From contig NEEC01000045.1 of NCBI GenBank assembly GCA_002189035.1, forward strand, positions 1 to 38,221: a stretch of DNA of 38,221 nt, given 5' to 3'. Both the position numbers and the translations under genes were made by a program. The notes under the pieces are model-generated. The model searched no databases. It worked only from the letters and a program-made list of their open reading frames with translations, and was not told where the DNA came from. The first letter of the stretch is position 1; the number at the start of each line of letters is the position of its first letter. Positions 37,201 to 38,221 of this stretch are shown here, one piece after another. The DNA comes from Utricularia gibba. Lineage: Eukaryota; Plantae; Magnoliophyta.

Positions 37201-38221
37201 CAAGTTGGAAAAAAGTCACATGCTACATCATGAATTTCGTGGCATCACTTATCCCAACACTGTTATACACTCTGGATATGCGTAAATATTTATTTTTAAT
37301 GAATCCCGTGCACGTGTGATTTTTAGGATGCACCCCGAATGATGATGCGCAATGAAATGACTACGTCGCACATCCTGGTCCGCGAAGCACCTCTTGCATA
37401 ACATGCAGATCCTTGCTCTTCATAGCACACTGTTGGGAAGCCCTTTTCGAGCTCCAAGTATTATAATTTGGAGTTACGTTTGTCCGATAACTGTGGACAT
37501 ATTAAAAACAAGCCACAACGAAAAGTGTCTTAGGTGTCCTTTCTTGGTGGCTGCGTCTAAGAATGTGCTTCTCGTTCTCGACATTGATGCAAATGGATAC
37601 ACGGCAAAAGAATCAAATAGCCACTAGAGACATGGTGTATGGGAATGGTGCATCAAGAATCAGAAGTATCATAGCAACTAATTGAATCAATCAACAGCCA
37701 AAACATATGGTGTCAAACTTCATCGGATATGCGATCAAGATGGAAAAAAGTCACATGTTACATCATGAATTTCGTGGCATCACTTATCCCAACACTGTTA
37801 TACACTCAGGATATGCGTAATATTTATTTTTAACAAATCCGGTGCACGTGTGATTTTTCGGATGCACCCGAATTGATGCGCAATGAAATGACTACGTCGC
37901 ACATCCTGGTCCGCGAAACACCTCTTGCATAACATGCAGATCCTTGCTCTTCATAGCACACTGTTGGGAAGCCCTTTTCGAGCTCCAAGTATTATAATTT
38001 GGAGTTACGTTTGTCCGATAACTGTGGACATATTAAAAAAGGCCACAACGAAAGGTGTCTCACGTGGCATTCCGTGGTGACTGCATTTAATAATGTGCTT
38101 CATGTTCTCGAAATTGATGCGAACAACATACAAGGCAAAAGAATCAAATAGCCACTAGAGACATGGTATACGGGAATGGTGCATCAAGAATCAGAAGTAT
38201 CATAGCAACTAAATGCATCAA
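34220..38221. repeat. Regular (BA)n block running to the window end, with small deletions in B copies
   Basis: Cores: B 34220, A 34755, B 35278, A 35813, B 36336, A 36870, B 37394, A 37925 (truncated by the window end). Confidence 0.93.

Larger units (their letters stand above)
1..38221. repeat. Uninterrupted head-to-tail tandem array of ~523/536-bp monomers (satellite-like array or concatemer of a small circle)
   Basis: The core TTGCATAACATGCAGATCCTTGCTC... recurs about every 523-536 bp from 228 to 37925. I count ~76 full or partial core copies, all in the same orientation, with no non-repeat flank. Confidence 0.98.

Noticed and set aside
1510-37319. 69-aa ORF MVYGNGASRIRSIIATKC... and assorted minus-strand ORFs (MELEKGFPTVCYEEQG...)
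   Set aside because: The 69-aa ORF is open only in A and broken in B. The minus-strand ORFs reach the length cutoff only in copies with deletions. All are short with no family similarity.
228-37627. 75-aa ORF MHNMQILALHSTLLGSPFRAPSIIIWSYVCPITVDILK... repeated in every monomer, open and equal length in A and B
   Set aside because: It has a TTG start and no recognisable domain. Of the 23 A/B substitutions in it I count only 4 synonymous, with 15 residues changed, so there is no sign of purifying selection. The identical N-terminal half simply reflects the invariant DNA core.
1-38221. Hammerhead ribozyme as in retrozyme or pDo500-type satellites
   Set aside because: I find no CTGANGA core on either strand of A or B. 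ATGATGA...TGAAA in A lacks the conserved C and a stem II, and it is altered in B.
1-38221. CRISPR array, 5S rDNA or tRNA tandem array, kinetoplast minicircle, telomeric repeat
   Set aside because: There are no unique spacers, no 5S or tRNA sequence or cloverleaf, no CSB-3 GGGGTTGGTGTA and no short G-rich telomeric unit.
1-38221. Obelisk-like ~1-kb viroid-like element
   Set aside because: The size fits, but there is no ~200-aa Oblin-type ORF. The 1,059-bp unit is a direct dimer rather than one self-complementary rod.

Overview
The whole 38,221-bp window is one head-to-tail tandem array with no unique flanking DNA. It contains no recognisable protein gene, rRNA, tRNA, transposase or CRISPR array. 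Two related monomers, A (523 bp) and B (536 bp), are about 41% GC and differ by about 45 substitutions plus one 13-bp indel. They alternate strictly as a 1,059-bp higher-order (AB)n unit over most of the window, about 72 monomer lengths in total. The A/B differences are very unevenly spread. A 166-bp core at every monomer junction is identical except for one site and carries two hairpins, while the next ~95 bp differ at 23 positions. The window starts and ends at almost the same base of monomer A (2-nt overlap), which suggests a circularised multimer contig. The real molecule may therefore be a ~1.06-kb non-coding circle with two conserved cores, or a highly homogenised dimeric satellite. Mosaic and degraded units (1-10.7 kb, ~19 kb, 24.2-25.8 kb, 27.4-27.9 kb, 33.2-33.9 kb) lose bases exactly at A/B-discriminating sites. 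That pattern points to consensus or assembly artefact rather than biological variation. All ORF-track entries are repeat-derived and are not called as genes. Organism and element family cannot be identified from the sequence alone.
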